IMG/VR virus record: IMGVR_UViG_3300049216_000249
Span: 1,842 to 65,841 of that record
Length of the DNA stretch: 64,000 nucleotides
Strand: one strand, 5' to 3'
Origin: a virus
Taxonomy: Duplodnaviria > Caudoviricetes
Notes under the pieces: model-generated
Database searches by the model: none
The model's input: only the letters and a program-made list of their open reading frames with translations
Told to the model about the DNA's origin: nothing
Shown: positions 18,406 to 26,862 of the stretch, in pieces
Position numbering within the stretch: the first letter of the stretch is position 1
Layout: every line of letters begins with the position of its first letter
Translations under genes and position numbers: made by a program

Positions 18406-19389
18406 ATGGATATCGCCAAGCAGCTTGAACTGTCCGGGCTGGAAGAGACGAAGCGTCTTGCGCTTGCGCATACTGACACACCCTCCGGCCGTCGGCGGAT
18501 CGTCCGTCAGATCGAAACGGCGCACGATATCATGTCGGCTCTACCGTCCGATGATGATCTGTCGTTCCTGCACTCCGGCCTGTGTCAAACCTGCTTGCCG
18601 CACAGCCGCCCGGCCGAGAACCACACCATCTGGCGCCGAACCAGTGGCCGGTTCACCCTATCAATTTCCCCTGGATCGGTGGCGGCCGGCGCCGACGGCG
18701 GGGACGGGTACGTCGGGGTGCCATACGGCAGCAAGGCCCGGCTGATCCTGATCCATCTGCAGACCGAGGGCATGAAGAGCCGGACCGTTCACCTGGGCCC
18801 GTCGTTGTCGGCCTTCATGCGGTCGTTGGGCCTGGCGGTGACGGGCGGCGCCAAGGGCACGATCGCCAGCACCAAGGAGCAGGTGTTGCGGATCGCCCGG
18901 TGTTCCTTCTCCCTGCAATGGTCGGACACCGAAAACGACGGCATTCGGACGCGCTTCGAAGATCACAAGATCGTCGATGGGCTGGATCTCTGGCAGGCGG
19001 GCAGGGGGGATCGGTGGGACGGGACGGTTCAGCTTTCCGAGCGCTTCCACGCCGAGCTTCAGGAGCATTGCGTGCCGCTGGACAAGCGCGCTATCGCCGA
19101 ACTGAGCAGCAATTCGCTGGGCCTCGACCTTTACGCCCTGCTTGCGTATCGGCTGCCGCGGCTGCGGGAAAGCCTGCACCTGCGCTGGCGCATGCTGCAG
19201 GGCCAAGTGGGGTCGGAAGAGACGCAGATGAAGGAGTTGGCCCGCCGGGTCCGCAATGTCATGCCGGACGTCATGGCGGTCTATCCGCACGCGAAGGTGG
19301 AGGTGACGTCTAGCGGCCTGACGCTGCGAAAGAGCGAGCCTGCGGTACCATCCAGGGCCGTGCGCGGCTACCGGGTGATCGAGAGCTAG
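18406..19389 (+). CDS. repA: Plasmid replication initiator, RepA_C (IncW-like) family
   Basis: FLHSGLCQTCLPH, GVPYGSKARLIL, LSERF, VPLD.RAI..L, LDLYALLAYRL; SD AAGGGG before ATG 18406; adjacent iterons. Confidence 0.9.
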   Translation: MDIAKQLELSGLEETKRLALAHTDTPSGRRRIVRQIETAHDIMSALPSDDDLSFLHSGLCQTCLPHSRPAENHTIWRRTSGRFTLSISPGSVAAGADGGDGYVGVPYGSKARLILIHLQTEGMKSRTVHLGPSLSAFMRSLGLAVTGGAKGTIASTKEQVLRIARCSFSLQWSDTENDGIRTRFEDHKIVDGLDLWQAGRGDRWDGTVQLSERFHAELQEHCVPLDKRAIAELSSNSLGLDLYALLAYRLPRLRESLHLRWRMLQGQVGSEETQMKELARRVRNVMPDVMAVYPHAKVEVTSSGLTLRKSEPAVPSRAVRGYRVIES

Positions 19390-19399
19390 AGGCCCCCCG

Positions 19400-19630
19400 T
19401 TATTTGGAATGGTCTATGAGATCAGTCTGAATTGCCAGGCCAAAATGCTTGCGCACCGCACGGCTGGATATGAGGGCCTCCGTCAGCACTTGGACTGGCC
19501 CGGGAATGTCTCGCTCGCCTGCTTCCCACCGACGGACCGTGCGCCCACTCTCGACATGTACCAGCTTGGCGAAAGCGTCGGTACTCAGCCCAAGAGCTGC
19601 GCGGGCGGCGCGAAAGATATCGGGTGCCAT
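19400..19630 (-). CDS. Small HTH regulator (Aca-like)
   Basis: FRAARAALGLSTDAFAKLV...RTVRRWEAGERDIPGP. Confidence 0.82.
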   Translation of the reverse strand: MAPDIFRAARAALGLSTDAFAKLVHVESGRTVRRWEAGERDIPGPVQVLTEALISSRAVRKHFGLAIQTDLIDHSK

Positions 19631-19636
19631 TAAATA

Positions 19637-19969
19637 TCAGCCCCTTTCGAACGAGTAAGGCACGGCATATCGCGGTGAGAACAACTCGCCCGCAACCTCG
19701 CCAGCCGGATAAACCGTCTCAGCCCAATTTTGCGGCTCAAACCAGTCGTAGCCGCTGATGTCCAGATCGGTGTCCTGATCATGGATGGTCAGTTCGGGGG
19801 TCAGGCCGAGAGCGTGCGCCGCGGCCAGCCGATGCGAGCCTTCTAGCGCCATGTAGTGGTCGCCGCAGTCCACAACCTCAATCGTTGGGGCGCCCAGGAC
19901 GCGCATTTCCGCGGTCACTTCGGCCAGTTTGTCAGCATCGACACCGTGGATTGCATAGATGGTTGTCAT
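19637..19969 (-). CDS. Small acidic ParB/Srx-like domain protein
   Basis: PTIEV...ALEGSHRLAAA; SD AAAGGA; 110 aa. Confidence 0.75.
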   Translation of the reverse strand: MTTIYAIHGVDADKLAEVTAEMRVLGAPTIEVVDCGDHYMALEGSHRLAAAHALGLTPELTIHDQDTDLDISGYDWFEPQNWAETVYPAGEVAGELFSPRYAVPYSFERG

Positions 19970-20014
19970 TGTCGAAATTCCTTTGCTGGACACCAGCGCC
20001 CTTGCAATAAGCAC

Positions 20015-20043
20015 AAAATAGGGCCATTGGCCCTATACGTCAA
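20015..20043 (-). promoter_or_regulatory. Strong sigma70-like promoter containing a perfect inverted repeat
   Basis: TTGACG-N17-TATTTT; palindrome ATAGGGCCA-T-TGGCCCTAT at 20018-20036. Confidence 0.8.
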
Positions 20044-20125
20044 CCACGAATATCGCATTCCAAACGCGATAAGGATCACTATCGCGCCTGGTGGATTTCC
20101 AGGCCAAGATCGGCCCAAACGCAAA

Positions 20126-20166
20126 CAAGCCCGCCACCGCCCGGTAAGGGGCAGCGGCGGGCTTGC
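20126..20166. terminator. Long hairpin at the end of the late/lysis region
   Basis: CAAGCCCGCC...GGCGGGCTTG stem. Confidence 0.55.
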
Positions 20167-20188
20167 GGGCAGGCTGGGCGGGGCGATT

Positions 20189-20548
20189 TCAGGCCGGAGG
20201 CGCGGTCACAACCTCAACCGGGGTCAGGTGGATCGCCACCGATCCGACGGCAGATGGCACCGGCGGTGGACTGACCGGGATGCCAGCGACGGCTTTGACC
20301 GAAGCCGCAGCCTTTGCGCAATCATCCGCGACAACGGCGGCGGCGATACCCGTCACTAGGACCGCGCCGGGCACATCCGCATCAATCACCGAAACGATCG
20401 TGCTGACGCCCGTGCTTTGCGAGATCTGGCAAAACAGTTGCCCCGGGGTTTCCCCAGCCGCGGCCGTGGTATCGAACGCGGAGGCTAGCGCCGTGCAGCC
20501 GCCGAGCAATCCGAGAGAGAAAAGGGTTGCAAGACGAAGGCGGATCAT
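20189..20548 (-). CDS. Lipoprotein
   Basis: MIRLRLATLFSLGLLGGC lipobox; SD AGGAG; two further Cys. Confidence 0.75.
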   Translation of the reverse strand: MIRLRLATLFSLGLLGGCTALASAFDTTAAAGETPGQLFCQISQSTGVSTIVSVIDADVPGAVLVTGIAAAVVADDCAKAAASVKAVAGIPVSPPPVPSAVGSVAIHLTPVEVVTAPPA

Positions 20549-20665
20549 TGTTATTGCTCCTACAAACAGGTTTGCGATAGGCTTTGGAAATACGGAAGTT
20601 GAGGCGCCTCAGCGACCACCAGCACGGAGCGTGTCATGTGACTGCACCAGAACTGCCAAACAATT

Positions 20666-20702
20666 AAGCCCCGGCCGCCAGCAAGGCGTGACCGGGGCTT
20701 TT
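20666..20702. terminator. Intrinsic terminator after the holin-like gene
   Basis: AAGCCCCGG...CCGGGGCTTTT. Confidence 0.65.
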
Positions 20703-20704
20703 CG

Positions 20705-21208
20705 TTATGCGGCGGTCGCGACCGCCGGAGGTGTCGCGACCGGCGAAGCGGCGACGGCGCCCTTGACGGCAGACACCAGGGCCATCGCATCGTTTACGGC
20801 CTGAAGCGGCGCCACGCTGGCCGAGGCCGCCTGCGCCGTTGCATCCAGCGTGTTCTTTACCGCCGAACCCACCGCGTTCTTGGCGATGCGGGCCACGTCA
20901 TCGGGCGAGGCTTTTAGCGAGGCGATGGTGGCGTCGTGGGTCGCCGTCAGGGATGCCTTCAGGGATGCCTCCACATCCGCGATGACGGTCGGATCGGTGA
21001 TCGACTTGCCCTGGATCATCACGTCCTTCAGCAGCGTCGGAGCCGCATTCATGGCTGCGCCAACCAGTCGGTTATTCTGAATCGCCGCGGTGTCGATGCC
21101 CTTAGCCTGTAGCCATTTCACCGCCATGGCGGCGGCGCCGGACGTGACGGCGAGTTCCATGACGAGTTGTGCGCTTTTGGCGATGGTGTCGAATGTTTCG
21201 GGACTCAT
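20705..21208 (-). CDS. Holin-like lysis protein
   Basis: Coupled to the endolysin; N-terminal hydrophobic helix LVMELAVTSGAAAMAVKWL. Confidence 0.5.
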   Translation of the reverse strand: MSPETFDTIAKSAQLVMELAVTSGAAAMAVKWLQAKGIDTAAIQNNRLVGAAMNAAPTLLKDVMIQGKSITDPTVIADVEASLKASLTATHDATIASLKASPDDVARIAKNAVGSAVKNTLDATAQAASASVAPLQAVNDAMALVSAVKGAVAASPVATPPAVATAA

Positions 21209-21945
21209 TGTGCGTCTCCTTCAGGAACGGTGGGATTAAAGGCGTCCATCAGCTCGTCGGCCGTTGGTTCTGGTGTGGACTGCGCCGGGCTGACGACGGG
21301 GGTTGGTTTGCTGAGGGGCTTGGGAGCGGCAACGGCCACCGCTGCCCCGGCATGCAGCGCGACGGCTGGCGTATCGGGTTGCCATCCCCACGCCTTGGCC
21401 TCGGCAAATGCTCGCTGATACAGCGGCATCAGGTCGGCCGTGCCGAGCCGCCACACGGCGTCATAGGCCGCTTGGCTCTCCGCCGCCTCGCCGGCAAACA
21501 AGCGACGCTCATACTCCCGCCGCCGCAGCAGGCCCAGTTGAGGCGCACCGCCGGCGACAGCCCAGCCGTTGAGTTGGTCGGCCGCCAGATCGATGCGCCC
21601 GGCATTGGCCATTTTCGCGAGCGTTGAGCCGGACAGCGCCCCGGCGCCGAGGTTGTGCGTGAACGAAATCAAGACCGATGCCTGCACATCGTCGATAGCC
21701 CACGACACGGCCTTGGCAACATCCACCACCCATTGCTCGCACTGTTCGGCCAGCAATTCGTCAGCCTGGGCGTCGGTGATCTTGTCGCCTGCCTGGACTC
21801 GGCGGCCGGATAACATCAGGGTCGAGCCTATGCCTATAGTCCAAATTCCAACACTGTCTTTGTAGGCAGAGAGCCGGACGCCCTCGCATCGGCGGATCAG
21901 CGACACGGCGGTCGCGGGCACAGTCTTTCGGTCCCAGGTTGTCAT
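21205..21945 (-). CDS. Endolysin, GH24 lysozyme
   Basis: EG.RLSAYKDSVGIWTIGIGST (E-D-T triad), SFTHNLG, GLLRRREYE. Confidence 0.93.
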   Translation of the reverse strand: MTTWDRKTVPATAVSLIRRCEGVRLSAYKDSVGIWTIGIGSTLMLSGRRVQAGDKITDAQADELLAEQCEQWVVDVAKAVSWAIDDVQASVLISFTHNLGAGALSGSTLAKMANAGRIDLAADQLNGWAVAGGAPQLGLLRRREYERRLFAGEAAESQAAYDAVWRLGTADLMPLYQRAFAEAKAWGWQPDTPAVALHAGAAVAVAAPKPLSKPTPVVSPAQSTPEPTADELMDAFNPTVPEGDAQ

Positions 21946-22064
21946 GGGGGGGCTACCCTTCGGATGCGGGGTTGGGGTATTGTGGGGTCGGGCGCGAACC
22001 TGCGCTGCTGCGGCAACTTGCCGCGTTGACCGTCCGGTAAAACTCCGGCCCGCAGCAGCCTTCT

Positions 22065-22523
22065 TTACTGAGCCTCAATCGTCACAGGCCGGTCCGGCGA
22101 CTGCCGCGGCGGTTGGATCTCCGTCAGCCACCCGCAATGCTCCATCGTAATGGTGCGCTCATACCACTGGCCTGGGGGAAACCCCTTTGGGATAGTCAGG
22201 GTCAACATGTATTGGAAATGTCCCTTGCCGGGGACTGGGGTAAGCGGCGGGTTGTCGATCGCCCGGAATTCCTTCACGGGACGGCCACGGTAATTGACGT
22301 TGCGCCAGAGATAGCGGGACACCTGTATCGGGCAACTCTTGCTTCGCTCTCCGGAAACCACGAACGAAATCGTGTCATCGCCAGGGCTGACAATGGCGTC
22401 CGTCTCGTCCACAGACTCAATCACGACAGATGGCCCTGAATTGACCCAGACCATCGTTCCAACGCCGGCAAACAGTCCAACGGTGGCACTTGCTAGGGCT
22501 ACCGCCCAAATGCGTATTTTCAT
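22065..22523 (-). CDS. Membrane-anchored periplasmic protein in the lysis cassette (antiholin-like?)
   Basis: N-terminal TM MKIRIWAVALASATVGLFAGVG, beta-rich domain with 2 Cys. Confidence 0.55.
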   Translation of the reverse strand: MKIRIWAVALASATVGLFAGVGTMVWVNSGPSVVIESVDETDAIVSPGDDTISFVVSGERSKSCPIQVSRYLWRNVNYRGRPVKEFRAIDNPPLTPVPGKGHFQYMLTLTIPKGFPPGQWYERTITMEHCGWLTEIQPPRQSPDRPVTIEAQ

Positions 22524-22855
22524 GGCTTCGGCCCTCCGAAGTGCACGAACCCGGTCGCCAGTCCGACCACCCAAGATGCCGCGGCTGCGGCTGCGGCTGT
22601 GAGCGCCGCGATCATTGTCGTTTTTCCAACGCCGGGTTGTTCCGATGCTGACCGCTCGCGACGGGTCCAGCGCAGATCGTCCCGCAGGTTGTTAACGGCA
22701 TCTTGGTCTGACATATCAATACCGAGTAGCCGAAACGTGGATTCGACTGCCTTGGCTGCCGCCTTTTCCGCTACCCGCTCAAGCGATATCTCGCGTTGTT
22801 GCTCGTTGGCGCGCTCATGGCGACGCGCTCGCTCCGGGTCGAATTCGTCAGCCAT
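22520..22855 (-). CDS. Holin-like membrane protein
   Basis: Cytoplasmic helical N-terminus (TFRLLGID...DDLRW) and a single C-terminal TM; first gene of the lysis cassette. Confidence 0.55.
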   Translation of the reverse strand: MADEFDPERARRHERANEQQREISLERVAEKAAAKAVESTFRLLGIDMSDQDAVNNLRDDLRWTRRERSASEQPGVGKTTMIAALTAAAAAAASWVVGLATGFVHFGGPKP

Positions 22856-22930
22856 CCATCGGTTCTCCAATTCGGCGAGATTTTGGCGGGTTGGGCGGGT
22901 TGTGCGGCGGCCGGAATGGGTTGCGCAGGA

Positions 22931-24364
22931 TCACGCCCCGCCTTGCGCGGCCACCAGCACCTTGCGCGTGGACATCCGGCAGAATTTCACGACACCGCTG
23001 ACACCGCCCGATGCTGTCGTATCGCCGATGACGGAGAGGCGAAGCTGATAGCTGGCGGTTCCCGCCGGCGTGCGCGTCGTTGTCTGCGGTGTCTTCGTCA
23101 GACCGCTAAAGGCCGCCGGAAGAGGATACCCGGCAACATTATAGGCGGAGAGCGAGTAGTGGTCGAAAACCGTGGTCCCGTCTGAATCCTTCACGTGAAT
23201 GCCAACACCGCGAATGTTCGATCCGCCTGTCACCGTCACGTTGACCATGCTCTCGATCACATCGCCCGGGTTGATGTTTGACCCATTGGTGATGCTTTGG
23301 AGCAGGAATATTTCGCCGCTCGTGTTGGTCCCGGTGACGCCGGTAAGAGTCAGCACTGCGCACTGCCCGGCCACCGCATCCGCGATCAAAGACCACACAG
23401 CCGTGCCGCCCGTCGTCGTGCCGAGCGAGTTAGTCGCCGTCCAGCTTGTCGGCTGCACGCCGCTCATCACGCCGTTGGTGGTGGCCGCCACCGATCCCGT
23501 AAGCAGGCCATTGGCAGCCAGATTTCCGGTTGGGTGCGCGGTTGTGTAGGTATCAAGCGGATCGGCAAACGATGGGTCTACCGCCGGAAATATCTGGTTG
23601 ATGATGGCCGCAACCGCCGATCCCCACAGATATGCCCCAGCCGGGCTGTTATGCAGTTTGTCCGCAATTGTGTTGACCGTGGCGGCATAGCCCGTCGTCG
23701 TGTCGATATACGACTTGCGCGCATCCGCCCAATAGACACCAGGAGTTTGCTTGGCAAAGGCGGCATACTGCGCGTTGATCTCGGCCGCCTGCTGCTGGTA
23801 TGCCACCTCAGATGGCGTGCTTCCGGTGTTCCACGCCCCAGGGCCGCGCGGGAACACCGGGAGCAGGATCACCTTGGCACCAACCGCCTGAAACAGCGCG
23901 ACCGCCGCCTGCATATTGGCCACGGTCTGCGCCACGGTGATAGCGGATAACGGGTCGTTTTCGCCCATGTCCAGCACGACCGCGCCATATCGTTTAGCCG
24001 CCAGCGCCGCCGGTATCCGGGCTAGGATTTGCGTGCTCGTCTGCCCGACGATGCCGCGGTTGTCCGTGATCTCCGAAACGATCCGGCCGCCGGTCAAAAA
24101 CTGCACCCACGACATCAAGCCGTTCGAAGCGAATGCCAGAGATTGCGTGCCAGGAGTGGCAATGGCTACAGCATCACCGCAGCTAGAAACGCTGCCGAAC
24201 GTGGCGAAGCAGATTAGGCTGTCCCCCATCGCCAACACCCGATTGTTGGGGCCGGAAATGAGCGGGGTTCCGATGGCAGAGACGGGCACGCTGGGAACCG
24301 GGGGCGCCCCAGCGGCAACTGCCTGCCCGCACAGCAGCAGCCAAATTGCGAGAGATGCGCGCAT
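22931..24364 (-). CDS. SGNH/GDSL esterase with signal peptide and C-terminal beta-sandwich
   Basis: GDSL, GIVGQT, GEND, DKLH motifs; N-terminus MRASLAIWLLLCGQAVA. Confidence 0.85.
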   Translation of the reverse strand: MRASLAIWLLLCGQAVAAGAPPVPSVPVSAIGTPLISGPNNRVLAMGDSLICFATFGSVSSCGDAVAIATPGTQSLAFASNGLMSWVQFLTGGRIVSEITDNRGIVGQTSTQILARIPAALAAKRYGAVVLDMGENDPLSAITVAQTVANMQAAVALFQAVGAKVILLPVFPRGPGAWNTGSTPSEVAYQQQAAEINAQYAAFAKQTPGVYWADARKSYIDTTTGYAATVNTIADKLHNSPAGAYLWGSAVAAIINQIFPAVDPSFADPLDTYTTAHPTGNLAANGLLTGSVAATTNGVMSGVQPTSWTATNSLGTTTGGTAVWSLIADAVAGQCAVLTLTGVTGTNTSGEIFLLQSITNGSNINPGDVIESMVNVTVTGGSNIRGVGIHVKDSDGTTVFDHYSLSAYNVAGYPLPAAFSGLTKTPQTTTRTPAGTASYQLRLSVIGDTTASGGVSGVVKFCRMSTRKVLVAAQGGA

Positions 24365-24366
24365 GG

Positions 24367-24858
24367 TCAGTTCCCTTCGAACACAAGCAACGTCCCGGCA
24401 GCCACGCATATCCCGTCCCACTCGTCCGTGCTGGTGCTGGCCGCGTCGTAGATCGGCGTCGAACCGCCCTGGTGCCCCGCAGCTGATGCGGCCTCCAGTG
24501 GGTAGCCCACCAGCCCGGTGACAGTCCCCGGCGCGACGACAGTGTTGCTGGTGGCGCTGTTCTGGCCGGGGGTTGTGGGCACGGTGCCACCGGTTCCGGC
24601 TGCCGAGAACGAGCTTGCAGTGCAGAACGATGTGTTGATGTTGAGGATCTGGATGCTTTTGCGGGTGGGGTTTAACAGCGACAGCAGCACGCTCTGTCCG
24701 GCGGGCATGGCAATGGCTTTAGGTGGGACGGATTGGGGGGTGCGGACGCCGATGGGGTTTGGCACCGGGGTATTCCCGATGATGCTGGGCGCCTGAGCGT
24801 GGGCCGACCCGATCAACGCGGCAAATAATATCGCAAATAGGACGCTTTTGAATCGCAT
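24367..24858 (-). CDS. Signal-peptide-bearing small beta-sandwich protein
   Basis: MRFKSVLFAILFAALIGSAHA-QA; NPTRKSIQILN...GYPL; 2 Cys. Confidence 0.75.
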   Translation of the reverse strand: MRFKSVLFAILFAALIGSAHAQAPSIIGNTPVPNPIGVRTPQSVPPKAIAMPAGQSVLLSLLNPTRKSIQILNINTSFCTASSFSAAGTGGTVPTTPGQNSATSNTVVAPGTVTGLVGYPLEAASAAGHQGGSTPIYDAASTSTDEWDGICVAAGTLLVFEGN

Positions 24859-24872
24859 GGTGCTCGCGTCCT

Positions 24873-25874
24873 TTATCGGGCCGTGGTGACTATGGTCGTC
24901 GCCCCAGATGCCACGCACCGGACGACGTTCGTTGGGGTGTCCACCGTGCCGATAGCGGGCCAGATGAGATAATAACCCGGAGCCGCCGTGTATCCCGCCG
25001 CGTTGATAACCGGCAGAGTGCCATCACCGCGGCACGTGATGGTTTGATCCGGCGACATGATCGAGATCGCGACATAGTTGCCCGGCGGGTAAACCCCGAC
25101 CGGGGCATTCGTTATTGACGTGGTGAGTGGGGATATGGCCGCGCGGTTGACCAGGGTTGACGCCGAGACCTTGGTGTTGGCGTCCAGCGTCGCTGGGCCG
25201 GACGGCTGGCCAAGAGATGACGATTGGATGGCGCCGACGATCCGACTATCGTTGCCGGCCGCGATCGTCCCGCTGGCTGTGCCTACCGACAATCGAACAG
25301 TCGCCAGCGTCCCCGACGTGATGTTGCTGGCATTGGTCGGATCGACGTAGCCGGCCAGAGCGGAAATCGCAGGCAACCGAACCGCGGCGACCGTGCCGCT
25401 GGTCAGGTTGGAAGCGTTTCGGGCTGTGGTGGCTTCAGTGTTGATCGCGCCATAGACCGCGCCCGCGTCCGGCACCGTCCCGGTCGTTGTGCCCACGTTC
25501 AGAACCGCCGCACCGCCGAGCCCGAGGTTCACTCGCGCCGTCGCTGTGCTGATCACGTCGGAGAGGTTGTTGGACGCCACCAGCGCGCCCAGCGTGCCAG
25601 CCGCGGGGAGGTTGGCCAAGGGGACCTTGGATGTGGAGTCTAGGGGGGCCAAGCCATTCGCCGCCCCCTTTTGCGCGGCCAACGCAGCCAGCGCGTCGCC
25701 ACCGGCAACCGGGCACGGAGAGCCGTTCGCCACGGTCCCCTTGACGGTGCCAATGATGACACGGCCGGACGGGATTACCGTACCGGATGGGCATGTCGCG
25801 GTCTGAGCCTTGGCAAAGCCGCCCATCGAAAGCCCAAGCGCCATCGCTGCCATAAGCAGGTTATTCACGCGCAT
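24873..25874 (-). CDS. Tail-fibre-like protein with Sec signal peptide
   Basis: MRVNNLLMAAMALGLSMGGFAKA-QT; fibre motifs NGLAPLD..KVP, NNLSDV..ARVNLGLG, GTIAAGNDSRI. Confidence 0.75.
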   Translation of the reverse strand: MRVNNLLMAAMALGLSMGGFAKAQTATCPSGTVIPSGRVIIGTVKGTVANGSPCPVAGGDALAALAAQKGAANGLAPLDSTSKVPLANLPAAGTLGALVASNNLSDVISTATARVNLGLGGAAVLNVGTTTGTVPDAGAVYGAINTEATTARNASNLTSGTVAAVRLPAISALAGYVDPTNASNITSGTLATVRLSVGTASGTIAAGNDSRIVGAIQSSSLGQPSGPATLDANTKVSASTLVNRAAISPLTTSITNAPVGVYPPGNYVAISIMSPDQTITCRGDGTLPVINAAGYTAAPGYYLIWPAIGTVDTPTNVVRCVASGATTIVTTAR

Positions 25875-25902
25875 AGATGTCTCCGCTTTGTGGGTGCGGG
25901 CG

Positions 25903-26622
25903 CTAGGCCGCGGTTGGCGTAAAGGTGCCGGACCAAGTGATGGGCGTGCCCGCCAAGCCGGTTCCGGTCAGGATGATACCCAACGGCCCAACCGTCGGAA
26001 CCAGGTTGCATCCAACCATCGTGGGGTCCTGGGCATTGATCGTGGCCAGCGGATCTCCGACGAATGCCGGTGCACCGCTGCCAAGGCCCTGGACTGTCGC
26101 TGACACGTTCCAGACGATCGGTGCACCCGTAGCGATGTTGCGCGCCATCACCGTGCCCTGAAGCTGTAGGGCGGTGCTGTTGAGAATCATGCTCCCGAAA
26201 GTGCCCAGCACGATCGGCGTGGCGTCAGGCGTGACAATGCCGGAAAACTGGACTGCCATTTGGACCTCTCCAAGCTCCGGCGCGGCGGTTATGACCGGGA
26301 TGGTGATGACCTGGCGGATTGTCTCGTTTGCCGACGTGTTGATAATCAGGGCCAACGTCCCGGATATGCCGACTGTGCCGCCCGAAAGGCCGACTGAAAC
26401 GGTTGAGCCAAAGATGCCGGACTGGTTGACCGTAATGCCTTCACTGCGCACCAGCAGGCCGGTGATGGCGGCCGATCCGATCACCTGGCTGAAATCGACC
26501 GTGCAGAGGACGGTGTCCTCCGGGTCTTTCGCGGGCCACGATGGGGGAACAAGGATATCCGTGTTTCCGTGAATAATGACCGGCCGCGACGGCAAGACAA
26601 TCAGGCGGGAGATCGGGGCCAT
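25903..26622 (-). CDS. Putative fibre-tail adaptor protein
   Basis: WPAKDPEDTVLCTVDF motif; position after the main fibre and chaperone. Confidence 0.6.
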   Translation of the reverse strand: MAPISRLIVLPSRPVIIHGNTDILVPPSWPAKDPEDTVLCTVDFSQVIGSAAITGLLVRSEGITVNQSGIFGSTVSVGLSGGTVGISGTLALIINTSANETIRQVITIPVITAAPELGEVQMAVQFSGIVTPDATPIVLGTFGSMILNSTALQLQGTVMARNIATGAPIVWNVSATVQGLGSGAPAFVGDPLATINAQDPTMVGCNLVPTVGPLGIILTGTGLAGTPITWSGTFTPTAA

Positions 26623-26636
26623 GGGCGACGGGCCTC

Positions 26637-26861
26637 CTAGGTCGTGGTGTGCGTGACGACGCCGTTAACGACGGTCCAGTGATCCTGGCGAATGTCCGTC
26701 AGATGCAGCGCCCAAATATCCTCTGTTACCTCAATAAAATCTGAGGGGATGCTTTCAGATTCCGGGGGTAGAGATGGATAGGGAATAGTGTCCGTGTCAT
26801 ACCACGCGGCCACTACTTGCGGAGATGTCGCGGTGGGGTCAAATTTCGCAAATTTCGGCAT
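26637..26861 (-). CDS. Tail fibre assembly chaperone-like protein
   Basis: Small acidic protein (WYDTD...IEVTEDIW) directly after the fibre. Confidence 0.6.
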   Translation of the reverse strand: MPKFAKFDPTATSPQVVAAWYDTDTIPYPSLPPESESIPSDFIEVTEDIWALHLTDIRQDHWTVVNGVVTHTTT

Positions 26862-26862
26862 G

